From positions 17,682 through 81,681 of the forward strand of contig DATAUF010000077.1 in assembly GCA_036268405.1 (NCBI GenBank): DNA of 64,000 nt, in the 5' to 3' direction. The notes under the pieces were generated by a model. The model worked only from the letters and a program-made list of their open reading frames with translations. It made no database searches and was not told the origin of the DNA. Below, in pieces: positions 39,835 to 49,856 of the stretch. Made by a program: the position numbers and the translations under genes. The DNA comes from Mycobacteriales bacterium. Its GTDB lineage: Bacteria; Actinomycetota; Actinomycetes; JAFAQI01. Numbering within the stretch: position 1 is the stretch's first letter; each line of letters begins with the position of its first letter.

Positions 39835-41199
39835 GTGAAGACCTTCACGCCTGGCCGGGTCGCACCGGAAGATGTCCGCGACAGCCTCGGCCGCCACTTG
39901 CTGGTCGACGGCTTCCGGCTCGTGGTCGATCTCGAGCGAAGCCACGGCAGCTGGCTGGTCGACGCGCGGGACGGCCGCGCGTACCTCGACCTCTACACGT
40001 TCTTCGCCTCCGCGCCGCTCGGCGCCAATCCGCGTGGGCTGGCGGATGACGCGGACTTCATGCGGCTGCTTGCCGAGGTCGCTGCCCACAAGCCGGCCAA
40101 CCCGGACACCTATACGACGCATCTCGCAGAGTTCGTGGCGACGTTCGTCCGCGTGTTGGGCGACCCTGCGCTCCCGCACCTGTTCTTCGTCGAGGGTGGC
40201 GCGCTCGCGGTGGAGAACGCGCTGAAGACCGCCTTCGACTGGAAGAGCCGACGCAACGAGGCGGCCGGGCGCTCGCCGGCCCTCGGGACGAAGGTCCTGC
40301 ATCTCACGCGGGCGTTTCACGGCAGGTCCGGCTACACGCTGTCGCTGACCAACACGGACCCGGTCAAGACCGATCGGTTCCCGAAGTTCGACTGGCCGAG
40401 AGTCGACGTGCCGGCCGTGCGTTTCCCGCTGCCCGCCCACCTCTCCGAGGTCGAGGAGGCCGAGCGGCGCGCGCTCGCGCAGGCGACGGAGGCGTTCGAA
40501 GCGCACCCTCACGACATCGCGTGCTTCCTTGCCGAGCCGATCCAGGGCGAGGGCGGTGACAACCACTTGCGCGCGGAGTTCCTTCAGGCGATGCAGGCAC
40601 TGTGCCACCGCTACGACGCGCTGTTCATTCTCGACGAGGTGCAGACCGGGATGGGCTTGACCGGTACGCCCTGGTGCTACCAGCAGCTCGGCCTCGAGCC
40701 CGATGTGGTGGCGTTCGCGAAGAAGCTGCAGGTGGGCGGGCTCATGGCAGGACGACGCGTCGATCTGGTGCCCGACAACGTCTTCACCGTGTCCGGCAGG
40801 ATCAGCTCGACGTGGGGCGGCGGGCTGGTGGACATGGTTCGTGCCCGCCGGCTGCTCGAGATCATCGAGGCGGAGGGCCTGTTCGACGCTGCCGCACGCG
40901 CTGGTGACCTGCTGCTGGCGTTGTTGCATGACCTCGGTCGCCGCCACGCCGGAGTCGTTTCCAACGTGCGCGGACGCGGCCTCATGTGTGCGATCGACCT
41001 GCCGGACGCGCGGGTGCGGGACAGCGTCGTAACCGGCCTTCGCGACGAGGGCGTCCTTGCGCTGCCATGCGGCGAGCAATCCGTGCGCTTCCGTCCGGCG
41101 CTGTCGGTGACCGAAGATGAGCTTCGGATCGGTGTTGCGGCGCTTGACCGGGTGCTTGTCCGCGGCGCCGTAGCCACGCAAGATCGGGAGTCGGCATGA
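39835..41199 (+). CDS. lat: L-lysine 6-(epsilon)-aminotransferase, class-III PLP aminotransferase
   Basis: The N-terminal region resembles Lat (LLVDGFRLVVDLERSHGSWLVDARDGRAYLDLYTFFAS), with a PLP fold. GTG start with a GAGGAGGA RBS. Confidence 0.8.
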   Translation: MKTFTPGRVAPEDVRDSLGRHLLVDGFRLVVDLERSHGSWLVDARDGRAYLDLYTFFASAPLGANPRGLADDADFMRLLAEVAAHKPANPDTYTTHLAEFVATFVRVLGDPALPHLFFVEGGALAVENALKTAFDWKSRRNEAAGRSPALGTKVLHLTRAFHGRSGYTLSLTNTDPVKTDRFPKFDWPRVDVPAVRFPLPAHLSEVEEAERRALAQATEAFEAHPHDIACFLAEPIQGEGGDNHLRAEFLQAMQALCHRYDALFILDEVQTGMGLTGTPWCYQQLGLEPDVVAFAKKLQVGGLMAGRRVDLVPDNVFTVSGRISSTWGGGLVDMVRARRLLEIIEAEGLFDAAARAGDLLLALLHDLGRRHAGVVSNVRGRGLMCAIDLPDARVRDSVVTGLRDEGVLALPCGEQSVRFRPALSVTEDELRIGVAALDRVLVRGAVATQDRESA

Positions 41200-42755
41200 C
41201 GCGCACGATCGCTTCGATAGTGGCCGGTATCACTGCCGTTGACACTCCCGGTGGCGTCATCGACGACCGCAACCCGGCACGCTTGGACGACGTGCTCTGT
41301 CAGGTCGCGCTCGGTGACGCCGGAACCTTCGCGGCCGCGTGTGCGGCCGCCCGAGAAGCCCAGCGGTCGTGGGCCGATGTGCCGGCACCGGTGCGCGGTC
41401 GAGCGATTGCACACATCGGTCGTACCGTCGAAGCCAACGCGGAGCGGCTCGCGCGGCTCGTGACGCGGGAGATCGGCAAGCCCTACGCCGAGGCGCTCGG
41501 CGAGGTTCGCGAGATCGTCGACACCTGCGACTTCTTCCTCGGTGAAGGACGTCGCCTCTACGGCCAGACCATCCCGAGCGAGATGGCTGACAAGCAGCTT
41601 TTCACCTTCCGCAACCCGGTCGGCGTCGTCGCAGTCATCACTGCGGGCAACTTCCCGGTTGCGGTGCCTGCGTGGTACCTCATCCCCGCATTGCTGTGCG
41701 GTAACGCGGTGGTGTGGAAGCCGGCCGACTACTCACCGGCATGTGGCGAGGCGCTCTTCGAGCTGCTCGTCCGCGGCGGTGGCCTACCGGACGGTGTCCT
41801 CAACCTGGTGCTCGCCGACGGTCAGGCGACGTACGACGGATTGGCCGAGGCACTCGAAGCCGGCACCGTCGACAAGGTCGGCTTCACCGGGTCCAGTGAG
41901 GTCGGCTCGAAGATCGGGGAGCTGACCGGGCGTCACCTGCAGTCGGCGTGTCTCGAGCTCGGTGGCAAGAACCCGATGGTGGTGACGCCGTCCGCCGACC
42001 TCGACCTCGCGGCCGAGGCGGCGCTGTTCTCGGGGTTTGGCACCGCCGGTCAACGCTGCACCTCGCTGGGTACGGTCATCGTGCACGAGAGCGTGCACGA
42101 TGACTTCGTGGCACGGTTCGACAAGCTGACGCGGGACGCGCCAATCGGCGACCCGGCGACCGATGTCGTGTACGGACCGATGCTGGACGAGAAGTTCGGA
42201 ACCCGCTTCGCGGACTACCTCGACTGGCTCCAGCCGCATCACAAGGTCCTTGGGTCATCCGCGACCGGGCGGATCACTGCCGCAAACCCTCGCGACGGCT
42301 TCGTCGGCGATCCCGAAGCAGGCGTCTACTTCCACCCGGTGATCGCCGACGGCGTCCGTGAGGACGACGCGGTCTTCCTGAACGAGACCTTCGGCCCGCT
42401 CGTCGGCGTGACGACGTACGACGACCTGGATGACGCGATCAGGCTGGCGAATCTGCCCGGCTACGGGCTGTCGTCCGCGATCTACACGACAGATCCCGAT
42501 GAGGCGTTTCGGTTCCGCCGGGGCATCTCGGCCGGAATGGTCAGCGTCAACAACTCGACGTCGGGTGCCGAGGCCCACCTCCCATTCGGCGGAAACGGCA
42601 AGTCCGGCAACGGTTCTCGGCAGTCGGGCATCTGGGTGCTCGACCAGTTCACCCGCTGGCAGGCCGTCAACTGGGACTACTCAGGCCGGCTTCAGAAGGC
42701 TCAGATGGACGTGACGGAGCTGACGCCCGACGAGTCGTTCCGTCTTTCCGACTGA
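41196..42755 (+). CDS. pcd: piperideine-6-carboxylate (alpha-aminoadipic semialdehyde) dehydrogenase, ALDH family
   Basis: ALDH motifs are present (ELGGKNP, catalytic Cys region GQRCTS). Its ATGA start overlaps the lat stop. Confidence 0.8.
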   Translation: MTRTIASIVAGITAVDTPGGVIDDRNPARLDDVLCQVALGDAGTFAAACAAAREAQRSWADVPAPVRGRAIAHIGRTVEANAERLARLVTREIGKPYAEALGEVREIVDTCDFFLGEGRRLYGQTIPSEMADKQLFTFRNPVGVVAVITAGNFPVAVPAWYLIPALLCGNAVVWKPADYSPACGEALFELLVRGGGLPDGVLNLVLADGQATYDGLAEALEAGTVDKVGFTGSSEVGSKIGELTGRHLQSACLELGGKNPMVVTPSADLDLAAEAALFSGFGTAGQRCTSLGTVIVHESVHDDFVARFDKLTRDAPIGDPATDVVYGPMLDEKFGTRFADYLDWLQPHHKVLGSSATGRITAANPRDGFVGDPEAGVYFHPVIADGVREDDAVFLNETFGPLVGVTTYDDLDDAIRLANLPGYGLSSAIYTTDPDEAFRFRRGISAGMVSVNNSTSGAEAHLPFGGNGKSGNGSRQSGIWVLDQFTRWQAVNWDYSGRLQKAQMDVTELTPDESFRLSD

Positions 42756-42765
42756 GGCTGTTCAC

Positions 42766-44982
42766 GTGTCCGACCTGTTGCCCGAGGACGAGCTCGACGC
42801 CCAGTTGCGCGTCGGGCTCGCCGGACTGGAGGCATCGCCGCGCGAGCCGCGCGTTGGAGACCGTCTCGATGCCTCGACAGCGATGTCGATATTCGATGCG
42901 CAGATCGGTAGCCGCGCTTTGGACATCGCGGCGCGGCGGCTGCGGGCATCCGGTGCCGGCTACTACACGATCGGATCTGCCGGGCACGAGGCCAACGCGA
43001 TGGTCGCGGCTGCGCTGCGCCCGACCGACCCCGCGTTGCTGCACTATCGCTCCGGCGCGTTCTACCTCGCCCGTGCGGCGCAGGTCCCCGGGACCACTGC
43101 CGTGATGGATGTCCTTCTGGGTCTCGTGGCCGCAGCCGACGAGCCCATTGCCGGTGGGCGACACAAGGTGCTCGGCAGTGCCGACCTCGCCGTGATCCCG
43201 CAGACCTCGACGATCGCTTCCCACCTTCCGCGCGCGATGGGTGTGGCCTTCGCCATCGATCGTGCCGCCAAGCTCAACGTGACGTGTGCGTGGCCGTCCG
43301 ACGCGATCGCGGTCGCGAGCTTCGGCGACGCCTCTGCCAACCACTCGACGGCAACTGGCGCGATCAATGCCGCCAGCCACGTGGCATATCGGGGACTGCC
43401 GATGCCGTTGCTTCTCGTATGTGAGGACAACGGGCTGGGCATCAGCGTGCCGACGCCCGATGGCTGGATTGCTGCGGCGTACGGCGACCGGCCGGGACTC
43501 ACATACGTCGGCGCGGACGGGTACGACGCTCCTGCCTGCTTCGAAGCTGTGTGTTCGGCCGTCGAGCACGTGCGGGCGACACGGTCGCCGGTCTTCCTGC
43601 ACCTGAAGACGGTTCGATACATGGGCCACGCAGGAACCGATGGTGAGCTCGGATACCGAAGTCGCCACGAGATCGCCGCCGACTACGGCCGCGACCCGAT
43701 CGTGGGACTTGCCCGCCACCTCGTGACGTCCGGCGCGACGACTGCCGCACAACTGCTGGACCGCTATGACTCGCGGCTTGCCGAGGTGACGGCGGAGGCG
43801 GAGGCGCTCGCTGGGGCACGGCGGCTGTCCAGTGCGGAGGAGATCATCGCGCCGCTCTCGCCTCGCAGTCCGGACGCGGTGGCGCGCGACGCAGCGCGTG
43901 CCGCGGATCCCGAGGCACGATCAGCGGCGTTCGCAGACCGGCTTCCGGAAATGGGAGAGGCACTCACTCTCGCCGACAGCATCAACCGGGCGCTCGCCGA
44001 CGCGCTCGCGCGCTATCCCGATGTGCTGGTCTTCGGGGAGGACGTCGGCCGCAAGGGCGGCGTCTACGGCGTCACGCGGGGCCTCGCCAAGCGCTTTGGC
44101 GCCGGACGGGTCTTCGACACCCTCCTCGACGAACAGTCGGTCCTCGGGCTTGCGCTGGGCGCCGGGGTATCGGGACTGCTGCCGGTTCCCGAGATCCAGT
44201 ACCTCGCCTACCTCCACAACGCGGAGGACCAGCTTCGCGGGGAGGCCGCAAGCCTTTCGTACTTCTCCAACGGCCAGTACCGCAACCCGATGATGCTGCG
44301 TGTTGCCGGCCTCGCCTACCAGGAGGGGTTCGGCGGGCACTTTCACAACGACAACGCGGTGGCCGTTCTGCGCGACATCCCCGGTGTTGTCGTCGCCGTC
44401 CCGGCGTCGCCAGCCGATGCGCCCGCCCTGCTGCGGACCTGCTTGGCGGCGGCTTCGGTGGACGGGACGGTCAGCGTCTTTCTCGAGCCGATCGCGCTGT
44501 ACCACGCACGCGATCTCCACACCGCGGGCGACAACGAGTGGACGGCGCCGTACGCCGGTCCGAATGACTGGGCACAACAGCACATCCCCATCGGATCGGG
44601 CCGCACGTACGGCGAAGGCGCCGACCTGACGATCGCGACGTTCGGCAACGGCGTACCGATGTCACTGCGAGTGGCGCGACGCCTGGCCGACTCAGGGGTT
44701 CAGGCAAGGGTGCTCGATCTCCGATGGCTTGCGCCGTTGCCTATCGACGACCTCATCCGCGAGGCACGCGCGACCGGCGCGATCCTGATCGCTGACGAGA
44801 CGCGGTCGTCGGGCGGCGTCTCCGAAGGTGTGATGGCGGCACTCGTCGATGCCGGCTTCGACGGTCGGCTCGCCCGGGTCAGCTCTGAGGACACGTTCAT
44901 CCCGCTGGGTCCGGCCGCCGACCTGGTGCTGCTGTCCGAGACCGCGATCGAGAAAGCCGCGCTCCTGATCCTCGCCAGTTGA
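42766..44982 (+). CDS. TPP-dependent 2-oxoacid dehydrogenase E1 component, fused alpha+beta subunits
   Basis: An N-terminal E1-alpha TPP-binding region (YRGLPMPLLLVCEDNGLGISVP) is fused to a C-terminal E1-beta/transketolase-like region. Confidence 0.75.
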   Translation: MSDLLPEDELDAQLRVGLAGLEASPREPRVGDRLDASTAMSIFDAQIGSRALDIAARRLRASGAGYYTIGSAGHEANAMVAAALRPTDPALLHYRSGAFYLARAAQVPGTTAVMDVLLGLVAAADEPIAGGRHKVLGSADLAVIPQTSTIASHLPRAMGVAFAIDRAAKLNVTCAWPSDAIAVASFGDASANHSTATGAINAASHVAYRGLPMPLLLVCEDNGLGISVPTPDGWIAAAYGDRPGLTYVGADGYDAPACFEAVCSAVEHVRATRSPVFLHLKTVRYMGHAGTDGELGYRSRHEIAADYGRDPIVGLARHLVTSGATTAAQLLDRYDSRLAEVTAEAEALAGARRLSSAEEIIAPLSPRSPDAVARDAARAADPEARSAAFADRLPEMGEALTLADSINRALADALARYPDVLVFGEDVGRKGGVYGVTRGLAKRFGAGRVFDTLLDEQSVLGLALGAGVSGLLPVPEIQYLAYLHNAEDQLRGEAASLSYFSNGQYRNPMMLRVAGLAYQEGFGGHFHNDNAVAVLRDIPGVVVAVPASPADAPALLRTCLAAASVDGTVSVFLEPIALYHARDLHTAGDNEWTAPYAGPNDWAQQHIPIGSGRTYGEGADLTIATFGNGVPMSLRVARRLADSGVQARVLDLRWLAPLPIDDLIREARATGAILIADETRSSGGVSEGVMAALVDAGFDGRLARVSSEDTFIPLGPAADLVLLSETAIEKAALLILAS

Positions 44983-45019
44983 GCACCGATAAACGTTTCC
45001 TGATTCAGCAACGGCTTCC

Positions 45020-46510
45020 TCAACCGGTTCCTGCCCTGACCGGTCCGCCGGCGTCCCGCCGGACACGGGTCCGCCGGTATCGCCACCAGCCCAGGATCCT
45101 GGTGCGAAGCCAGTACTCGCCTGCGCTGTAGGGCAGCTGAGTGACGTTCTTCCCGCTGGCGATCGCGAAGTAGTTGGAGCAGCCAGCGCTCCAGACCTTT
45201 CCGTCCATGGCGGCCTGCACTTTGTCGTTGTAGCGGTGCATCACGTCGGGGCGTACGTCTATCGCCCCGATTCGCCACCGGCGCATCATGCGAAGCGCGC
45301 GGACGACGAGATGTGCCTGGGCCTCATGGATGAACAGGATGGAGTTCACGCCGTTGGTGTTCGGCCCATAGAGGGTGAAGAAGTTCGGGAATCCGCTCAC
45401 TGTGGTCCCGAGATATGCCTCGGCGCCGTCGGCCCACGCATCACGAAGCAGCTGACGGTCCCGCCCGGTGATCTCGACGGTGGTGAGGTACTCGTTGGCC
45501 CGGAACCCGGTCCCGAAGATGATGGTGTCGACCTCGTGCGTCTCGCCGTCCGCGGTGCGCACTCCACTCGGAGTGATCTCGGTGATCGGCGACGTCACGA
45601 GCGAGACGTTCGGGCGAGTGAGCGTGGGCAGCCAGGTCCGCGAGGTCAGTGGCCGCTTGCAACCGACCGGGTAGTCCGGTGTGAGCAGCGTTCGCAGTCC
45701 GGGTTCGGTGATCTTGCGCTCGAGATAGGACTGTGCGAACGCGGTCTGCGCCTGTGTGAACGGGTGCGAGGTGTCGAACGATGCCCGCTGATAGGTCCGG
45801 AAGATCGCCCAGCGGTGCCGCTTCGCCGCTAGCCGACTGCGGGCGAAGCGTTGCCTCTGCTCCTCGGTGTACTCGTTGTCGAACCGCGGCGAGACCCAGA
45901 TCGGCGAGCGCTGGAACACGTCGAGATGGGCAACGTCTTTCGCGATCTCCGGTACGTACTGGATGGCGCTTGCGCCGGTACCGATCGACGCGACTCGCTC
46001 GCCGGCGAGCGGGCGGCTGTGGTCCCACTGCGACGAGTGGAACGACCTTCCCCGAAACGTGTCGCGGCCCGGGATCGCAGGGATCACGGGGACGTTGAGC
46101 ATGCCGAGGCCGCTGACGAGTGCGTGGGCGGCGAAGGCCTCGCCGCCCGCAGCCGTCAGGTTCCACTGCTGGGCGTCGTCGTCCCACACGGCGGACCGAA
46201 TGGATGTACCGGTGCGGATATGTGGCCGCAGGCCGAACTCGTCGGCGCAACGCTCGAGATAGGCGAGGATCTCGGGTTGCGTTGCGAAGGTCCGCGTCCA
46301 GTCCGGGTTGGGGGCGAAGGAGAACGAGTAGAGGTGCGACGGCACGTCGCACGCGGCACCGGGGTACGTGTTGTCGCGCCAGGTGCCGCCGACGCCATCG
46401 CTCTTCTCATAGATCGTGAAGTCGAAGCCCGCGCGCTTGAGTGCGATGCCCATCGCAAGGCCGCCCGCGCCGGCGCCGAGGATCGCCACGGTCGGAACGC
46501 GGCTCGTCAT
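45020..46510 (-). CDS. flavin-containing (Baeyer-Villiger-type) monooxygenase
   Basis: The FAD GxGxxG (VAILGAGAGG), a second NADP-binding GTGASA and FMO-like motifs are present. The ATG at 46510 overlaps the upstream VOC gene's stop (ATGA). Confidence 0.8.
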   Translation of the reverse strand: MTSRVPTVAILGAGAGGLAMGIALKRAGFDFTIYEKSDGVGGTWRDNTYPGAACDVPSHLYSFSFAPNPDWTRTFATQPEILAYLERCADEFGLRPHIRTGTSIRSAVWDDDAQQWNLTAAGGEAFAAHALVSGLGMLNVPVIPAIPGRDTFRGRSFHSSQWDHSRPLAGERVASIGTGASAIQYVPEIAKDVAHLDVFQRSPIWVSPRFDNEYTEEQRQRFARSRLAAKRHRWAIFRTYQRASFDTSHPFTQAQTAFAQSYLERKITEPGLRTLLTPDYPVGCKRPLTSRTWLPTLTRPNVSLVTSPITEITPSGVRTADGETHEVDTIIFGTGFRANEYLTTVEITGRDRQLLRDAWADGAEAYLGTTVSGFPNFFTLYGPNTNGVNSILFIHEAQAHLVVRALRMMRRWRIGAIDVRPDVMHRYNDKVQAAMDGKVWSAGCSNYFAIASGKNVTQLPYSAGEYWLRTRILGWWRYRRTRVRRDAGGPVRAGTG

Positions 46511-46980
46511 CCCCATTGCGCGTAGTAAGGCCGCTCCGGACGCGACTTCTCGACGAGGATGAAGACCACCCCCCACGGGTCGGCGAACCACGTCGTGCGC
46601 ACCCGCGCGACGTCGGCAATGCCCGAGACGACGAACATCACGCCCTTTGCCTCGAGGTCTCGCCGGGTCGCCGCGATGTCGTCGCACAGCAACGCGACGT
46701 GGCTCAAGCCTGGGTCGACGAGCGACCGCTGGTGCGGGGTGCCCGCGACGCCGGGGTACTCGAGCACCTCCAGCACACGGTCGCCGTCCGCGGCGAAGCC
46801 GAGGATCGCGGCCTTCAGCCGCGGCTGGGGGATCAGCTCGCCCATGTCGGCGGCAATCGCATCGCCCTCCATGAGGTACGGCGGCGACAGGACGGTGAGA
46901 CCGAGCATGTCGCGGTACCACGCGACCGCGGCGTCAAGGTCCGGGACGCAGATCCCCGTGTGGGCGAGGCCGGTGATCAT
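46507..46980 (-). CDS. VOC-family (glyoxalase/bleomycin-resistance/dioxygenase fold) protein
   Basis: The sequence contains MITGLAHTGICVPDLDAAVAWY ... HVALLCDDI. Confidence 0.75.
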   Translation of the reverse strand: MITGLAHTGICVPDLDAAVAWYRDMLGLTVLSPPYLMEGDAIAADMGELIPQPRLKAAILGFAADGDRVLEVLEYPGVAGTPHQRSLVDPGLSHVALLCDDIAATRRDLEAKGVMFVVSGIADVARVRTTWFADPWGVVFILVEKSRPERPYYAQWG

Positions 46981-46993
46981 CGGCGCTCCATCG

Positions 46994-47947
46994 CTAACCG
47001 CCCACGGCCCGGCGCAGCGCGTCGCAGTACTCCGCCGTGGTGCGCTTGCCGATGTGGGAGGGCAGGCCGTCGAAGCCGTGGAAGGTGCCGGGCACGACGT
47101 GAAGCTCAACCTGTACGCCCGCGGCCATCAGGGCGACCGCGTAGGCGATGTCCTCATCGCGCAGCGGGTCGAGCTCGCACGCGAGGATGTACGCCGATGG
47201 CAGGTCGGACAGCCCGCGAGGTGACTCGGCGGCTCGAGCGGGCGCGGCGTACGGCGAAACGATCCCGCGGCTCTCGACAGGACCGAGGTAGTGCTCCCAC
47301 ATCAGCCGGCTGCTCGGCGCATCCCACATCGGCGCATCGACGAGCTCCTGGACGGACCGAGTCACGAGGCTGTCGTCGATCACCGGATACAGCAGCTGTT
47401 GGTAGGCGATTGCCGGGCCGTTGCGGTCTCGTGCCGCGATGGCAACCGAGGCGGCGAGGGCTCCACCGGCGCTCTCGCCACCGACGGCGAGCCTGGTGAC
47501 GTCGATCTCGAGGTCGGCAGCACTGGTGACGGTCCATTCCAACGCCGTGTAACAGTCCTCGAAGCCGACCGGGAACGGATGCTCGGGAGCCAACCGGTAG
47601 TCGACATCGACCACGAGCAGGTTGGTGGTGTCGGCGATTCGGCCCGCGAGGCCTTCGCTGATGTCAAGGTCGCCCGCGATGAACGCGCCGCCGTGGAAGT
47701 GGACCATCGCCCCCCGCGGAGTCGCGCCGACGATCGGTCGGTAGACCCGCGCTGGGATCAGGTATCCGTCTGCAGCCGGGATCGAGGCGTGCTCGATGCT
47801 CACCCGCTCCGTCCACGAAGGCGGCCGCGCCCCGCGAGGCGTGGCGAAGACGTCGCGGATCCGCTGTCGTGCAGCGAGCGGATCTGACACGTCGGCCTGA
47901 GGAAGGTGCGGCAGCATCGCCGCCAGCTCGGGGTCCACGCTGTTCAT
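46994..47947 (-). CDS. alpha/beta-hydrolase fold-3 esterase/lipase (HSL-like)
   Basis: The HGGAF oxyanion motif (HFHGGAFIAGD) and the nucleophile elbow GESAGG are present. Confidence 0.8.
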   Translation of the reverse strand: MNSVDPELAAMLPHLPQADVSDPLAARQRIRDVFATPRGARPPSWTERVSIEHASIPAADGYLIPARVYRPIVGATPRGAMVHFHGGAFIAGDLDISEGLAGRIADTTNLLVVDVDYRLAPEHPFPVGFEDCYTALEWTVTSAADLEIDVTRLAVGGESAGGALAASVAIAARDRNGPAIAYQQLLYPVIDDSLVTRSVQELVDAPMWDAPSSRLMWEHYLGPVESRGIVSPYAAPARAAESPRGLSDLPSAYILACELDPLRDEDIAYAVALMAAGVQVELHVVPGTFHGFDGLPSHIGKRTTAEYCDALRRAVGG

Positions 47948-47973
47948 CTTGACGGAGGCTGGACTGCGACGGC

Positions 47974-48741
47974 TCAGAGCATCCGGTTCGCGGCCCACTG
48001 AGGCAGGTGCGAGGCGACCACCTGGCTTCGCCCTCTCCTCGGCAGGACGACACGCGACTTGTCTCTCCGGCAAGCCATGACGATGGCGGTCGCGACTTCT
48101 TCGGGTTCCAGCATCCGCAGCGTGCCCAGGCGCAGCATGCGGTTGAACGCGTCTGCGCATGGCTGGTAGCCCTCGATCTCGCCGTACATCTCGGTGTGGA
48201 TCGGTCCGAGCTCGGCAGTGGTCACGCCGATTGCGCTGTTGCTGAGGTCGCGGCGCAGACCCTCGGCGAACTGCGAGACCGCGGCTTTCGTCGCGGAGTA
48301 CGCCGTCAGCCCGGGCAGCGACACCTGCGCGGAGAGCGATGAGACGAACACCAGACGCGCGATTGCCCTGTGACGTAGCGCAGGCAGCACCAGCCGCGTG
48401 AGCTCCGCGGGAACCAAGGCATTGAGCGTGAACAGTGCTCGTAGCTGCTCGCTCGACAGGTCCTCTACGGCGCTGGGAAGTCCCAGTCCCGCGTTGTTGA
48501 CGAGGATGTCGATCGGCGCGACGGCGGTCATCCGGCTGACCAGTGCGGGCAGGGCGTCGAGGTCCAGGAGGTCCGCAGCGAGATAGCCCCCGCCGCAAGC
48601 CGAGGCGGCCTTGGCAAGTTGCGTCTCGTTGCGTGCGACGAGCGTCACCCGCGCTCCCGCTGCGGCAAAAGCCGCCCCGATCGCCGCGCCGACACCGCGG
48701 GAACCGCCGGTGACGACGACGTGGCGATCGTTCAGCTCCAC
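47974..48741 (-). CDS. SDR-family oxidoreductase
   Basis: VVVTGGSRGVGAAIG ... NNAG ... YSATKAA are the SDR hallmarks. A GTG start at 48741 is inferred; the long N-terminal extension in the track is rejected. Confidence 0.7.
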   Translation of the reverse strand: MELNDRHVVVTGGSRGVGAAIGAAFAAAGARVTLVARNETQLAKAASACGGGYLAADLLDLDALPALVSRMTAVAPIDILVNNAGLGLPSAVEDLSSEQLRALFTLNALVPAELTRLVLPALRHRAIARLVFVSSLSAQVSLPGLTAYSATKAAVSQFAEGLRRDLSNSAIGVTTAELGPIHTEMYGEIEGYQPCADAFNRMLRLGTLRMLEPEEVATAIVMACRRDKSRVVLPRRGRSQVVASHLPQWAANRML

Positions 48742-48842
48742 GCTCGGATCGTCGCACGCTCGCCATCCGCCGTTGCGGGAGGATTGGCCCGAAAGCCTGT
48801 CGAACTTGGATATCGCGGGAAAAAACTGGACAATCTGTAGTG

Positions 48843-49856
48843 ATGAGGACGATGACCGAGTACGACCGCAACGGGTCGCACGGCACCGAGCCATATGTGC
48901 ACGACCGTGCGGCCAGGCAACGGATGTTCTGGAAGCGCCGGCTTGCCGTAGGCGTGCCGTTTGCGCTCGCGCTGGCCCTGATCGTGACGCTGGTGGTCGC
49001 GGCGGTCGGACCTGGCGCGACGGCACCGTCTGCCGCCGGCGTCTCCAACTCGGCTGCCTCCAACGCGAGGCTCGCCTCCTTGTTGCTGCCCAACAGTGGC
49101 TCGCCGAGCCGCTCGTCGACGGTCGTACGCCAGTCCGCGAGCTCACATGCCGTCGCCGTCACATCGAGCGGCGGTGCGGTCGCGCATCACGGCTCAGCCG
49201 GCAGCGCCGAGCGCTCTCGCTCGGCCACCGAGTCCGACCTCGCGATGGTGCCGACACGTCAGGTTGTCGCGCATCTCGAGCACAGCACCGCGGGTTACCC
49301 GGGCCGCACCGCACTGATGAAGAACCGCACGGTGCCGGGCTCGTGGTACGGATATCCCTCGATCCTTCCGGTGATCGCCAAGACGCGGGACCGGCTCGAA
49401 GTCCGCCTCGCGCAGCGGCCGGACGAGGCAACGACCTGGATCAAGCGCAGCGCGGCCGTGCTGACCGTGACCCACTGGGCGATTCTCGTGAACATCTCTC
49501 AGCACTGGCTCTACGTCTTCCACGACGGGATCCAGCAGGCATCGTTCCCGGTCGGCAACGGCGCCACCAACACGCCGACCCCGACCGGCACCTACTTCGT
49601 TGCGTTCCACGCGCCTCCGACCAACTCCGGCTACGGCTCGGTGATGATGGAGACGTCGGCGCACTCGCGGGCGATCGAGCACTTCGAGGGCGGCAACGAC
49701 GCCATCATTGCGATCCACGGACCGGTCGGATCCGACGCGCAGATCGGCAACCATGGAGCCGCCATCTCCAACGGCTGCATCCGGATGCACGACTGGGACC
49801 TGAACCAGGTCAAGCACGTGCCCAACGGTGCGCCGGTCATCCTCACTCCTTACTAA
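48843..49856 (+). CDS. L,D-transpeptidase (YkuD domain) with N-terminal membrane anchor
   Basis: The catalytic motif HGPVGSDAQIGNHGAAISNGCIRM is present. Confidence 0.75.
   Translation: MRTMTEYDRNGSHGTEPYVHDRAARQRMFWKRRLAVGVPFALALALIVTLVVAAVGPGATAPSAAGVSNSAASNARLASLLLPNSGSPSRSSTVVRQSASSHAVAVTSSGGAVAHHGSAGSAERSRSATESDLAMVPTRQVVAHLEHSTAGYPGRTALMKNRTVPGSWYGYPSILPVIAKTRDRLEVRLAQRPDEATTWIKRSAAVLTVTHWAILVNISQHWLYVFHDGIQQASFPVGNGATNTPTPTGTYFVAFHAPPTNSGYGSVMMETSAHSRAIEHFEGGNDAIIAIHGPVGSDAQIGNHGAAISNGCIRMHDWDLNQVKHVPNGAPVILTPY

Noticed and set aside
48811-48826. A second LexA box (tcgaacttggatatcg) upstream of the L,D-transpeptidase gene.
   Set aside because: Only the TCGAAC half-site is present, and the 3' half does not match GTTCGA.
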